Origin: Tubiluchus corallicola
Lineage: Eukaryota > Animalia > Priapulida
Direction: 5' to 3'
Assembly: GCA_030141605.1 (NCBI GenBank)
Contig: JAQGDQ010000065.1
Span: 372,001 to 436,000 of the forward strand
DNA length: 64,000 nucleotides
In this document: positions 36,401-49,169 of the stretch, piece by piece
How the letters are laid out: every line of letters starts with the position of its first letter
Position numbering within the stretch: the first letter of the stretch is position 1
Notes under the pieces: generated by a model
Database searches by the model: none
Told to the model about the DNA's origin: nothing
Seen by the model: the letters and a program-made list of their open reading frames with translations, nothing else
Program-made: the position numbers and the translations under genes

Positions 36401-39400
36401 AAAAATCTGTCTCGGGCAAAACCATATCAGACCCATAAAAAGCAGTACTCTCGTCAAGGGTCATCAAATACTGTGTTAACCAAGTTACCCATGACACAAT
36501 TTGCTTCATGCAAAAGCTGCCGTGTGAGCAAATTTTGTGTGGGACAGTTTGCATAAGACAATTTGTTGCAGACATATTCGTGTGCAACTAGTATTAGCTC
36601 TGCTGCTTTAGGCACACAATACAAACTACGCCCAAAAGCAAGATAATGTGGCAGTACTGCTTGCCTAAAGTGATATAATTTTACGAAGACAGCTAAAGCC
36701 AAAAATAGAATGTGTTTTGTTGCAAGAAGGCAGCTTTATGTTAGCATCGATGAATCACACATTTGTAATGAAGATAACTCAAGAAACGATTTCATTTATT
36801 AATATGTTGTACACAAAAATAATGACATACATATACTGTTATTATTTATTCCAAATCTAAAAATTAAAGAATTACTTCTAGAATTTGGTGCCCTAGGCAA
36901 TATCCTAATGCCAGCCCTGCATTTATAAATCCACTAACATAAAAATATAAATATAAAAACACTGTCACATTACGGTCTGCAACAATTATGGTAATACAGC
37001 ATCTAGCAAACAGTAATACTGCGTGTTCGTTAATTTTTGTGACCCAGTGGTTTCGAAGTCTTATGGGTCAATAGTCTCTAAAAATTAGGGTAGTATTTTT
37101 TCAAGCCAGGTTAAATGTCATTTCAAGGATATTTAATGTAAAATGCCTAATTGTGTAAAATACATACATTCATAGGGTTTAAAGTCAAGTTATTGCCTTA
37201 GTCTCATTCAAATTGTAAACAGAAGTCTCACAAAAGGACTCCAATTGGTATTAACCAATACTGTTGTCAAGGTCAAGGTGATTTCAAGGTCAAAAATATA
37301 GACAATGTACAACTCTGTTATGTGTATCATCAATTTGTTACTAACTATCTATTTTTTGGTTTGTTCTGTCTGTCTGTTTGTTTGTCTATCTGATTGGCTG
37401 ACTGCCTGTTCTGTTAGTCCACCAATACATTGTCGGAATTTCAGTAGTTGTGTCTTTCCTGGAAAACATATCATTCACATCTCTAATGTGGTTGTCTCTA
37501 GTACATTATTATTATAAAAAAAAAACAATATTCCAAGGTTGTATTAAAGTTGAACTTCAAAGTTACCTGCATTTACAAGCTTAACATGTACAAGTATGAA
37601 CAAATGCTATAAAAACAGAGAAAAACAACGATACAGTTTTGGCAGTTGTATATGCTTGCCTTGTCCTAGCTTTTGCATTCAGAATCGGTATTTCTGAAAT
37701 TATTACCATATCAGAATTACGCGCAAGATTGCACCTCGATGCCCGAAAATTACATTTGCACAATTCAGAAATCACAAGATTTACTTTTGCACTAGACAGC
37801 TCAACATAAAGTTGTGGTACAGTTGCAGAGCACAAATGCATAGAGCTCTAGGCATGGCTGCTAGGATCTACACATCACCATGTTTGTTTCACCCGCTGGT
37901 AAAAGTTCTGGTTTAGGATCATCTAGATCAACCAAAAGCGACTGATGGGCAGCCCGAAATTATGTTCAAAAGTGCAGCTTGTGTAGGCCGTAATATCTGT
38001 GCTTCTGCTTGAAATGTAAATAGTTCCCATCAAATGCAAGGTAAATTAGTTGTTCTGCAACATGTCTTTCACAGTATAAACAAACAAATCCTTCAAATTT
38101 GTGAAAGATGCTTGTTTTTAAAGGTAGGTCGGGCATCTTCCCAGTTGCATAAAAGTATCTCTGATATGCATTAGGGCTTTGAGCAAGATATTATAACATG
38201 TTAACTATCCGTTATCCTGTAATCAGCCACAGGTATCACACCTTGTGAAAGCGTGGAAGCTATGATCGTAAAGGTTAAGGCTTTCTGCCACTTACTTCCA
38301 GTACCTTTCAAAATTTGCAGGGTCTTTCTAAGATACAGACACGTTGAAACAGCAAAAATAAGCAAGAAATGGCTAGTTTGGTTTCCATCTCGAGAGATTT
38401 GCTTCCTGTCATACTTATGCGATTTAAAAATAATGCCAACAGCAGTTCCTCACTGACTGTTCTGGTACAGCTCTCTGGCAGTCTTTTCTAATTTGAACTC
38501 TACCTGTGGTCTGGTCTTGGCAGCTTATGTGATGCTGTGACAAATACCGGACACAGTTAAACATGATATCTTTCGACCTAGTCCAGTGGTAGCTCAGCCT
38601 TCTTACACAATAGTAGATCTGATATACGTAAACAAAAGGGCTAATGACTGATTACTATATTCGTTTCTTAGATTCATCCTTTGGTGCCTTCAAATTTCCA
38701 TGTACCACTGGTTTTCTCTAAGATATTCTGTTGTACTAGCTCCATCGCTCTGAATGCTCTATATCTTTTCATGTGGTTCACTATATGCTTGAGCAACAAG
38801 GATAGCCTCACCAATACTTCCTTATAAAATTGTCATTGCACAACTTTTATACTTGCAGTGGGTATAACAAATTTGAGAATGGCATGGCACGTACATAAAG
38901 CACTTGGATGCAATGCATGGTTCTGGGCTCGAATCTTACTCGAACTTTTCGGCGGGTTTCCTAGGTTTGTTCAACCCTAACTGAGTACCTGATCATGAAC
39001 GATATAACCTCCTTACCGAGATTGTAAAACATAGAAGCCGTATGATCTATAGCCATATCATGAGGCATCTTCTTCTTCTTCTATTAAACACATTATCTTA
39101 CACATTTCACTCTATCTTTCGTTTCAATGATGTATTGCAGTAGTCAAAATTAGCCATAGCCACATATATGACCCACCTCAACATATATACACGAAACACC
39201 TGACTTCAGTGCACAAGATATTACGGTAACATTTACCCTTATAAAAAATTACCATGATCATTGCAGGTCAAGATCTGAGCCCTCAGATTGTAAGAGCAAG
39301 AATTTATTTTTACTAGGTCACTTTAAAAATAGTTTACATATAAATATTGTTTCCATAAAGGCCCAAGATGTTAGTTACAGTACGAATACAGAAAACAAGA

Positions 39401-42400
39401 ATATAAATTAAATAGCCGTTACAAAATATGTCTTGTTTACCTTAACTGTTTTGAAATGTGGAAGATGATGAGTCTGATAAAAGTCATGTCTTTGCTTAAG
39501 TGGAAAATGGATGTCATTTTTATTTTAAGAATTTGTTTTCCACTCACTAATCAGATTTTCTTTAGTTTGGCATTGAAACAATCTTCACCTTGACCTGAAA
39601 ATTAGCTTAAGTAACATGGAATAACACTCACATACTTTTGCTCAACATTTGAGTGTGATTGAATGAATTTAAATCAGGCCTATATGCATTTTTTTTCTGA
39701 AATATATCGCATTCCAATGTGTTTAACCTTTAAATGAGCTGGAACATTATTTGAAAAAGTGCCACATACTTTTTCTGAAACTCCAGGCCCATGAGACCTC
39801 AAAACCCTGAGAGACAACTATTAATTCTATCAGGATTGTAGGAGTTTGCTGCATTTTGCATGGATTCATGAAAAATTGCTCTCACTAAGCAGCAATCACG
39901 TTATATTTGATAATTTTTGTAGATTTCTACTTCTCGTGAGTCTTCAGGCAAAGATAAATACGAAATGCACTTTCCTTACTGTGATGGTCCCCCATCTAGC
40001 AGATTACTGCAACTAATTATTTTTCACTTTAAGTATTAACCTAAACGGTATCATGAATTGTTTACCTAACGATTGATAATATTGATGTATTGATTTTAAT
40101 GTTCCAATCTTGTGCTGCCATCTTTAGTCAAGAGTAGCATTATTTTTGACGAAGTTATCCATTAAATGAAGCCATTTTCTGTTAAGCTACCTTAAATATG
40201 TAATTAGGCAGAAGAAGATGAAATTCGTTTCGTTTCAACATGACTTGTATTTTTCAAGCGGAAATACGTTTAGCAACAACCTTTTCCATGATAATATTAT
40301 GCCCGTGTTTGAACAAATGTGAAAGCTTCGTCGCTGTACTACTGAGGTCACTTCACCCGGAACTCGTTTCTGATTGGTCGGCTAGCTTTCGAGGCCTGGA
40401 TATTAGAGGTATTGGCCTACGTGGCAGAGAGAGTAGAATGGCCGTGTTGAGAAATGGTCAGATATAACTATATCATGGTTTCTTTCATACGATGATTGAA
40501 CGAGAAATGGATGGTTTGTTCATTATTATGTTCTTCTTATTCGTTGGTGGACGATGTTCTTCTTTTGCTGGTGAAACCTCGTCAGTTACACAATTATTGA
40601 GAGACATTTGTTAAATTAGGCATTCATTACATAGCCTTATTACCTTTACGTTGGATGAAGATACTGGCACCTTTGACTTCACGTTCGATGGTCTAAATCG
40701 CTTCCGTTCTGCGTGGGAACCCAGAGGAGATGATCTTCTCATTATCCGATCTCCAAAGACTCTACTATGTGTCCTGCCAGTTTGATGGAAAGCTGTGGAG
40801 ACGTCCTGGAAAAGACTACCTGCTGCCCACGAAGTAGACCGAGAGACGCTAACTTAGCCAACCTCCATTGGAGACCGAATTCTGCTGCATTACTACAACG
40901 TGCGTGAGGAAGGACCGGTCCTACCCAAGTACTGGAGAAGACCTCGCCTTGGTAAACTACTATTTTGTTAAAATTGTTTGCTGAAAGACTGTTTTTTTTA
41001 TATAATGTCCTGTACAATGTTCGCTCTGTAAATTGAAATAATAATCCTGACACTTATCTATAAAAGCAAAAATAATTTGCAAACGTGTTTTATTGTCACA
41101 GGATGTTACACTTACCTTAGACAAATTAAAAAGTTTTCAGTGACTGCAGTATTTGCACTGTAACAATGTACAGTATCACTTATATGAAATTGGCTAATGC
41201 AGAAAATTTCAACTATCCAGACACAACATTATGATACACTTTGGCCTCAAGTCTACTCTATTTCTAAGGAGGAATTCCTTAATTCCTTAAAAGATGAAAC
41301 AACCTTAATTTCTCCTTGGCTGATCGGTGGGTTTTCCCTGGAACTCTGTGCAACAGGCAGGCAATCAATAAAACAGTGTGCACGATCACAATCACGATAA
41401 ATGTTTAAACAAATAGGATGGTTGGATATCCGAGATTCTCTCTAATAGAACAGTATGAAATTTGTAAATGTTTAGTTATATCTATGCTAATACAGTAGCA
41501 GAAAAGTCATAGGTCTTATAAGTCCTATTTTGAAAGGTGCAGTCCTGAAGAAGTTAATATGCAATGATGGATTCTTATCAATCACGCCTCAACTGCAACC
41601 TTGAAAACAAATAAAGTTGCCGGTTCAGCAAAGAGCTCGAACGATGCTTCACCTTTTTTGACCAGTTCAGGAAACAATCACATTTGTAAAAATAAAGGCT
41701 CTTTATCCAAAAAACTGGATAGCTTCCTCAAGCAAGAAAACATCTTAAAAATGACTAGTTGGTTTAATTTACCTTGAGCAAGGAATATTCTGAAATAAGG
41801 CTGAATGGACCTGCAAGATCATCATCCCATATAATAGCCTATAAATAAAAAAGTGTGTAAAAATTATACAACACACAAATAGGCAAGTGGGATAACACTA
41901 AAATACCGATTTGTGGGAATTAATTGCAACTCAAATGCTTTTTGTTTTTTCTAAATCAGTATGTTACATAGTATTGCTGAAAAATTCCCTTGGGGAAATG
42001 GCCTGGGGGAAAAATTTTTAGGGCCTGTTGTAATTTAAGCCCAGGTGAGCACCTGAAAATGTACAGATTTGTGCATGGCAAGGACGGCGGTATACAGTGC
42101 TGTAGCCATGTAAGATTTGAGAGATGACTGTCAGTATTTTGGTGTACACCATTGTGATCATGTGCGTTGTAGTAGAAAAAAAATTGTTAATAGACCTTCA
42201 TAGCGCACAACCCTAAAAATAAAAAAGTCTCCCCTCAGAGTACCCCAAAAATATATTCATTGATACCCTGTTTAATTTTCTCAGGCCTGTTTACCCTGTT
42301 TTTATTTCTCCTATAAGTTTATATCTATACAGTACATGGCTCTCGACACTGTTACATAAAATTCCAGTAACAGTAGTTGGGCATGGGACATTTTGTGAAA

Positions 42401-45400
42401 ACACACCCAAAACCCATGTTAACTTAGATATATTGGATGCTTAAATAAAACATTACCCAGTTCCGTGACTGTACTTGTCAGGTTATACAATTTACTTTAA
42501 ATTTGGATAGAAGTGCTTGACCTGGTGTTGATTTACTCATGGCTCGACATTGCTTCATTTTTTTGCTTCTTATGTTGGATTGAGTTTCTTGATTTATATG
42601 TAATTTTTAGTTTTGTTTTTGTTGAGGTCAAAGGGCAGAATAGGGTCAATCTTGCACAAAATATAAATAGCATTTTGATTTTAAGGAAAAAACAGGTCAA
42701 ATTTGTTATGTAATAATAAAAGCACTTTGAGTTAATAATGCAATTAATGAACAACAAGAATTAAATACATTTTGATTTGAGTTCAACTTCATCATTTCTA
42801 GATTTATTGATTAAAAATAAATCTAATGATTTGGACAATAATACTAAATAAAATAATTTTCAATATGCTGATAATTTTGACAAACATTTAGCTATATAGG
42901 TTTTTTTTAATAATTTTATAAAGGAAAGGTAAGACTTGTGCAATCTGTGAACAACACCCGAAACTTTACTCATAAAATAGTACTGCGGTATGACTTTAAA
43001 AATTACTGTGCTGCAAAGAAGAGAAGAAAGACAGAGTATTTCCTGATATTGATGATAATATCTGTAATGGTCTGTGGATTTGCTAATTTGTAGAGTTCAT
43101 TTGTATTAGTAATTTGTAACAGCATTCAAAGTACGAATCGGCAGCTCGTTATTCAATAATTGAAAAAAAATTAGTTGAGTATTAGAGTACATTTTCTGAG
43201 CCACAGATTCATGCCATGCTGTAGTATTTTCAGTTTTATGAATATTAATGTAGTTAAGATTATGAAGTTAGATAAAGAAAATAGAATATAGTTGAGTAAG
43301 AGCTTAACATTAACCAGAGTAAGTTAACAGCAATTGCTTTTTAAGTTTAGAGATCAACATATAGATATTGTTAGAATCTTTAATATTACTGTTCAACCAA
43401 TTCCAAAATTTAACAGCTTTATATTTGATAGTACTTAATCCATGAGTGGTACAGAATCTGGGCGTAAAATATAGACCACAAGTGGCAGATCTATTTTCGT
43501 AGTTATGGATTTCAGATATGGGAGTAAAATAGTTAGAGAATAGTTCAGGTAAGTTCTTATTTTCGAAACAATACATGAATTTGGCCAGCTTTAATTGGTA
43601 AATTTCATCAAGTTTTAACAGTTTAGGTTTTCCATAAGAGGGTGTAGCATGAGCACGATATGGGCTAAATGTAATGATTTTCACTATCTTATTCTGGGCT
43701 ATAATGAGTGGTTTTAGGACAGATGTTTTTGCAGTACCAAAGCACAGAATACAATACTGGAGATAAGGATATGCAAGTGAGTAGTAAGGCATTCATAAGA
43801 TGAAGGTGTCTAAGAAATATTGCACTTTAGCAAAAAGACCAATGAGCTAATTAAATTTATACGTGACTGATTTAATTTGAGTTTTCCATGACAATGTATT
43901 ATCAATGTACAAACCAAAGTATTTTATATTATCGGCTGCAATTAATTCATGATCCCCATAAACAGTTTAAAAGTATTACATGCATCGAAGGCTTGGTTAG
44001 AAATAAGCATATATTTTGTTTTTTCATAGTTTATTGTTAACTTATTAGCCCTCATCCATGTATCTATCTTGTCTAGTTCATTGTTAGTCTTGAGTTGAAG
44101 CTGACTAAGATTAGTACAACGTAAAAATAGGTTTGTATCATCTGCTAATAACAGGACGTGGAAATCAGAACAGTGTGCCAAATAATTAATGTGAATTAAG
44201 AAAAAAAGGGGACCTAATGTAGAACCTTGGGGAACTCCACATCTTATGCCAGTGATATCCGAGTGGGTATTGTTTATGCAAGTATATTGTTTATGATTGC
44301 TAAGTATGATTTTAGTAGTTCCAGCGGGGTACTCCTAATACCATAATGTTCGAGTTTGTTAAATAGTATGTGATGCTGTATGGTATCAAATGACTTTGAA
44401 AGGTCAAGAAATATACCACAAGTTGTTAATTTTTTATCTAAGTTGGAATGAATAGTATCTATTATTTCTGTCATAGCGAGCATTGTTGAGTAGATTTTCC
44501 TGAAGCCAAACTGGTACTTGCATAAGATGTTGCAACTGTTAAAAAAGTTGGAAAGTCTAGAATATATTACAGATTCAAAATTTTTTGCAATGGGGGACAG
44601 TAATGAAATAGGCCTATAGCTAGAAAGAACATCTAGGTCATTAGATTTGTAAATTGGTAATATTTTAGCTAGTTTCAGTTCATCAGGAAAAATACCTAGT
44701 GAGAGTGACTTATTGATTGTATGAGTTAGAACTGGAGAGATTATGTCAGCAGTGATTTTATAGTATTTTATTGGAACATTCTCGGGAATGGCAGCCTTAC
44801 TAAATATCTAGTTTTAATATAAGCAATGTAATTTCTTCTATGGTGACTGGATTAAAAAAATTGAGTTTTGATTGCTTGGGCCAAGAAATTGATAAGGACC
44901 AGCAGAGGAGTTAATGCTATTAGCCATGTTTTAACCAGCTGTTGTAAAAAATTGTTGACATTGTTGGCTATTAGCTTAGGAACTGTGATTTTGTTTTTCC
45001 TTGCACTAATTTTGGTTGGAGTAATCCATTTTTTTGTTACCAAGAATTTCATTTAAGGATGACCAAACTTTTTTAAATTATTCTTGTTGTTATTGATAAG
45101 ATTATGATAATATTTTTCCTTGGATTGGGCCTTAATATGATTAAGTTTATTGACATAATTTTTGTACTGTTTTTGCCTTAGAGTAGAATCAGACAGTTTA
45201 TGTGTTTTATACATTTTACTGCGATTACGAATAGAATTTAAAATAGCAGGTGTTATCCGGCTTCTTAAATGTTGATTGCTCTTTTCTGGATAAAGATTTC
45301 ATGGGAGCATGTTTATTAAGAATACTGATGAATATTTTTGAGCCTTTAATTTTGGTAGCTATTGTATTGTGTAAGGAACCCGAAAAAACAAGCTTAAAAC

Positions 45401-45725
45401 AAGCTTAATAAGAGTTTCAAACAGAAACATGAAGATGATGGTTTAGAAACTTAGACGTGGTTTCTGTATATAGACATTTTTTTATTTATCTCCTCATTTG
45501 TATTCTGGTGTAAATGAGATAAATAAAAAATGGCTATGTCTATCCTCGGTCTATGATTGTGGTTTTTACAGCACCACTAACACCAACTGCTAAAATTTTA
45601 AGTACCCGTAGCCGTTAACGAACCTTTGGTCCGATGCATTTATCAAGACATTCTAAAAGTTCTCTACGGGCTGACTCTCTCAAAATTGATAAATTAATGC
45701 GCCCTGTACTCAAGTGAACAGCCAT
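18429..45725 (-). CDS. VPS33A: Vacuolar protein sorting 33A (Sec1/Munc18 family, HOPS/CORVET), 15 coding exons
   Basis: Exons read by hand with GT-AG boundaries: 45725-45624, 41838-41773, 34103-33976, 33067-32878, 32562-32446, 31838-31664, 30756-30563, 30175-30085, 28066-27992, 26849-26770, 25220-25134, 23642-23511, 20949-20781, 20493-20377, 18532-18429. They translate to [12 protein letters not shown]..., [70 protein letters not shown] and [18 protein letters not shown], all close to human VPS33A. Confidence 0.95.
18697..19675. mobile_element. Tc1/pogo(Tigger)-type MITE, copy 1
   Basis: TIRs CAGTAGGTGCCGCTTAAGAGACTCAC / GTGAGTCTATTAAGCGGCACCTGCTG, TA on the left; homologous to 23892-24637. 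Confidence 0.8.
21133..21220. repeat. 44-bp tandem duplication
   Basis: tagtaatgggatattgtgtgcgaaaatttcagt(a/g)tgacgtgact twice. Confidence 0.85.
23892..24637. mobile_element. Tc1/pogo(Tigger)-type MITE, copy 2
   Basis: TA|CAGTAGGCACCGCTTA ... GGCACCTACTG|TA; internal similarity to copy 1. Confidence 0.8.
25466..26208. mobile_element. hAT-type MITE
   Basis: Imperfect TIR CAGGGCTGTTACCGA / TCGGTAATGTCCCCG, 8-bp flanks GTATTGAA / GTATTAAA, subterminal ACCGAAAC repeats. Confidence 0.65.
27097..27580. mobile_element. hAT-type MITE
   Basis: TIR CAGGGCCTATTTCA / TGAAATAGGGCCTG with a perfect 8-bp target duplication ATTCCTTG; GC-rich subterminal GAGGCCC motifs. Confidence 0.88.
29355..29980. mobile_element. 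Kolobok-like MITE
   Basis: TTAA|AGCGCAAGAAAA ... TTTTCTTGATCT|TTAA; a second copy lies at the window start. Confidence 0.6.
34194..34806 (+). mobile_element. Internally deleted pogo (POGK-like) DNA transposon
   Basis: Perfect 27-bp TIR CCGTATTTTCCCGTGTATAAGAGACCC with TA duplication; retains the transposase C-terminus [34 protein letters not shown] (about 34430-34709). Confidence 0.9.
35128..35919. mobile_element. PIF/Harbinger-type MITE
   Basis: Roughly 35-bp TIR GGCCGCATTTCCACTGCGTCCGCACAGACACAGAC, flanked by 3-bp ATA on both sides. Confidence 0.75.
43310..45330 (-). pseudogene. Decayed CR1/L2-group LINE ORF2 (RT) in VPS33A intron 1
   Basis: Fragments [52 protein letters not shown], with frameshifts. 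Confidence 0.85.
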
Positions 45726-46199
45726 GTTGTATTACTACTGTTAGAGACATCCGTTTTTCTCAAGGCGTACAAATCAATTAATGCTCACAGCCACAATATA
45801 ATTTATAATAACAAGATATCAATGGTTCTAGCAGGAATTCAATTCAATTTATTGCGCAAATTGCTATTAACATTACATACATTGGCAAGTACAAAAAGAA
45901 AATTATATACAGCAAAAGAGGAAAAAAGAGGAAACGAAGTATTATGACAATGCGGCGACAAGACACAAGATGAATTTAATTTGGATTTTATGCCCCTAAT
46001 ATTTATGTACCAAATTTTGACCGGTACCTGGATTTTAATAGAGTGCCATTTTAACCGCGTTATAATAACACAGGGGTGAGCATTCTCTACCAGAAAGCGA
46101 ATTCGAATGGGAATAAAATCTCAGTATTTCTGTAGTAAGACAACATCAATTTGTTTTATAATAAATTTAAATGTATCAATTTTCCAAACTAACACAATA

Positions 46200-46860
46200 A
46201 AAATGGAGTTTCCAAAAAACTAGAGGAAAGAAATCTTCAAGTAAAAACCAGTCAAAAACAGAAGAACATATTATTGCAAGAGATGGTAATCAGTCTTGGA
46301 AAAAGTGCAGGTATATGTGCATTTTTCTAAATACCGAAGACGATATTAAAAGTAGAAAGCAACAAGCAGTGCATGCTTTTCTTCAACACAAGAATGTATT
46401 AACTAGCAAGAAATCAAGTTTTAACATTAGATTTTGATTATTTAATGCTTACCTTACCAGCATAGTTATTTATAATACAACAGTGAAAATTGGGTCCTCT
46501 CTCAAATGCCTTTTAAAACTGTCAGCTGATGAAGCACTGATGGTTGACGATGAAAGACGATTGCATGAATTACCGGATGCCCAAAGAAGGGTGATCTGAT
46601 GTTGGTTCTAGCTGGTTATACAAATAACTTAGACTCATGACCATGAAGAATGTGAGGCCTGGAAAAAAGTCTGCCTGTGTCAGAATAGTATTTCCACTAA
46701 CCGTTTTGAAGCAGTTCAGAAGGTCTACCGTCTCACGCCTTGCCTTGAGAATAGAAATCAAACTACAACAAATATTCCACACTTACATGCATTCAAGACG
46801 CTACAACAGCGTAAAGATGATCATTCTTCGGTTTGCACAATTATGTAGAACTCAACTTAG
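46200..46860. pseudogene. Short decayed LINE C-terminal fragments (one on +, one CR1-like on -)
   Basis: Plus strand NTEDDIKSRKQQA..LFNAY; minus strand HGHESKLF..RTNIRSPFF. Confidence 0.4.
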
Positions 46861-46909
46861 CCATTTTAACAGCTACAAGATTTTATCAAATAGATAATCC
46901 ACTATTTAT

Positions 46910-47290
46910 TAGGGGTGAGCATTCTCTAGCAGAAGAGAATTCGAATCGAACCGAATTTGTGACTTTCGAATTTGAATCGAACCGAATTCGAATTGAGATC
47001 GAAAGATTTTCGAACAAGTTTTCGAACCACCAGCAAAAATTAGTCTTACGAAGAGCATGCATATAACTAGATTTTGTTCTGCAATAAAACGACTAGTAAT
47101 TTCTTTAAAATTGTGTGCAGAAATCACAGTTAAATTATGCTAATTGCATGATGTTTCAATCGTTTTAGTGATAAAGAACATGCGTGATTGAAGTGCTGAA
47201 TTATTCGAATCTATAGTTTTGGATTCGAATCGAGTTCGAACTAAAAAAACCTCGTTCGAATCTAACTCGAACGTTCGACGCTCACCCCTA
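46910..47290. mobile_element. hAT-type MITE with TTCGAA subterminal repeats
   Basis: TIR TAGGGGTGAGC / GCTCACCCCTA, flanks CTATTTAT / CTATTTTT; partial copy near 46071. Confidence 0.75.
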
Positions 47291-49169
47291 CTATTTTTTT
47301 AGGAACATTGCGCACCGTAAATTATATTTACCAGTCGCATAAATCCGACAGATTGCCTCACTTGAATCAGATTGGCCACAGAAAATTGGAACTATCTCAG
47401 CTTCACTTTAGACTGGAAGGAAATATGAATTCAAATATTAATTTTATTCACAGCTTTATATGCGAGAGATTGCTCAAGATCACGAAAAAGATAAACAAAA
47501 GAGAAGTCAAAATTTCACAAAAAAAAGATTCAGTACGCAGATTCGCGCAGCATTTCAACTTACGGACAGTTGAAAGATAGGTCTATAAATGACACTGCAC
47601 TCAATGCACTTTGTATGACTTCGCAATATTTGTAATCGCTCTATGCATTTATATATGTACGTATGCATATGTGTCATAATAGAAAGAATAATTTCAGGAA
47701 TCAATGATGAAAGAACGAATGCAGACCACGAGTCGCTATAAAGGATCTATGGACAAATACTAGATTGCTAAAGGTGCGATACCTGCACCATGTTTGTACG
47801 TCCACAATTTGTCAAAACAAGTAGGGGAACATTTTCACGCTATGTCTCACTCAAACTGGCTAATACCATTATGTTATATGTTCATGTATATTACATGTTC
47901 TATTATTATATATGTGATAGCGAAACGAGAGAACGAAATAGCGAAAAAAGAGAGAGCCAGGAAAAAAGGGAAAAAAGAAAGACAACGGAGACCCTAGACG
48001 AGAGTGTCAAGCTTCCTTCCATCCCAACAACTAGGGAAAAAGAAAACAACATCAGTATCAGTATAGGTTATACCTATCCACTTTGAAAAGATGACCCGAG
48101 ACATACGAAAGCGAAACTGGCAGCGCATGCCAAAAATATTTAGGATAGACTACAGATAGAGAAGTAGAAAGGACATTACCGCACCTTTAACTAAGGATTA
48201 CTAAAATACAACTGTCTATGTTGCACACTCTCTATATTAAGCATTTATATGCAGATTCGACAATTTTCAATTTCCGAACTTTCTAATTAGAGAATAAAAT
48301 GAACAAAAGATCATCGGTGTCTCAAACAGATGTGTCAAAAATTTCTTTGGTCTCAGCGACTAGAAAGAATGAAAAACAACATCAGTAAAAGTCACGGCTA
48401 TCCACTCCGAACCGAGCCATGCAAGACCGAAAAGGGAAGTGCATGCCGCATCCTATAAATTGTAATGTGAATGAAAACAAAATATTAGTGATAACAAAGG
48501 TTTACTGTGCCTTTAAACAGTTGCTATGTAACCTTCTTTCTCAGGCTCACATGGATCATTGTGATCCTTTTTCTATGCACTCATGGGAAGGTTTTCTACA
48601 AGCACATGTCCTATGATGTAGGGAACTAGCTTCAGATTGTCCTAGAGAACTATTGCAGGAGCTTTATCATATTAAAGAATATTAAAAGCTTGATCATTGC
48701 CTATCACAAAGTGTACTAGCTGTACCCAGTCATCTCGACTCACAGGATCTGCACGTACTCCTGTAAACTTATTGAAGAGTTTTCTTCTTAACTTTGCTGG
48801 TAACACTGGTACGTGATATTTTCCTCCCAACGATTTAACCATAGGATGATACTTGAAATATTTGTCTTGAAGGTAGATCACTAAATGCCATAAAGTGGTG
48901 TTATAGGTTCTATTAATTGGAGGAATTCTATTTTCCGGAATAGTAGGATCCTTAATGGTCGCAACAACAGTCGGAAGAATGTCCAAGTATCATGATCAAA
49001 CACGAAGACTTCTTTAGGAAGTTCACAAGGCAATCCCTCGCCTACCTCTCAACATATATAGGTGGCAGTACAGAAACCTAAGTTACGCACCTTTCTTCTT
49101 TGTCTACGGATCTCACCGCTGGTGGTAAAGCCGTAGCATATGGTATAAAATGTCTACTACGAACCTATA

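Noticed and set aside
38880-39060. tRNA-like sequence (GGCTCGAATC B-box-like)
   Set aside because: No cloverleaf can be built; at most a decayed SINE head.
46940-47280. CRISPR-like or palindromic array of TTCGAA repeats
   Set aside because: Irregular spacing, eukaryotic context, enclosed by hAT-like TIRs.
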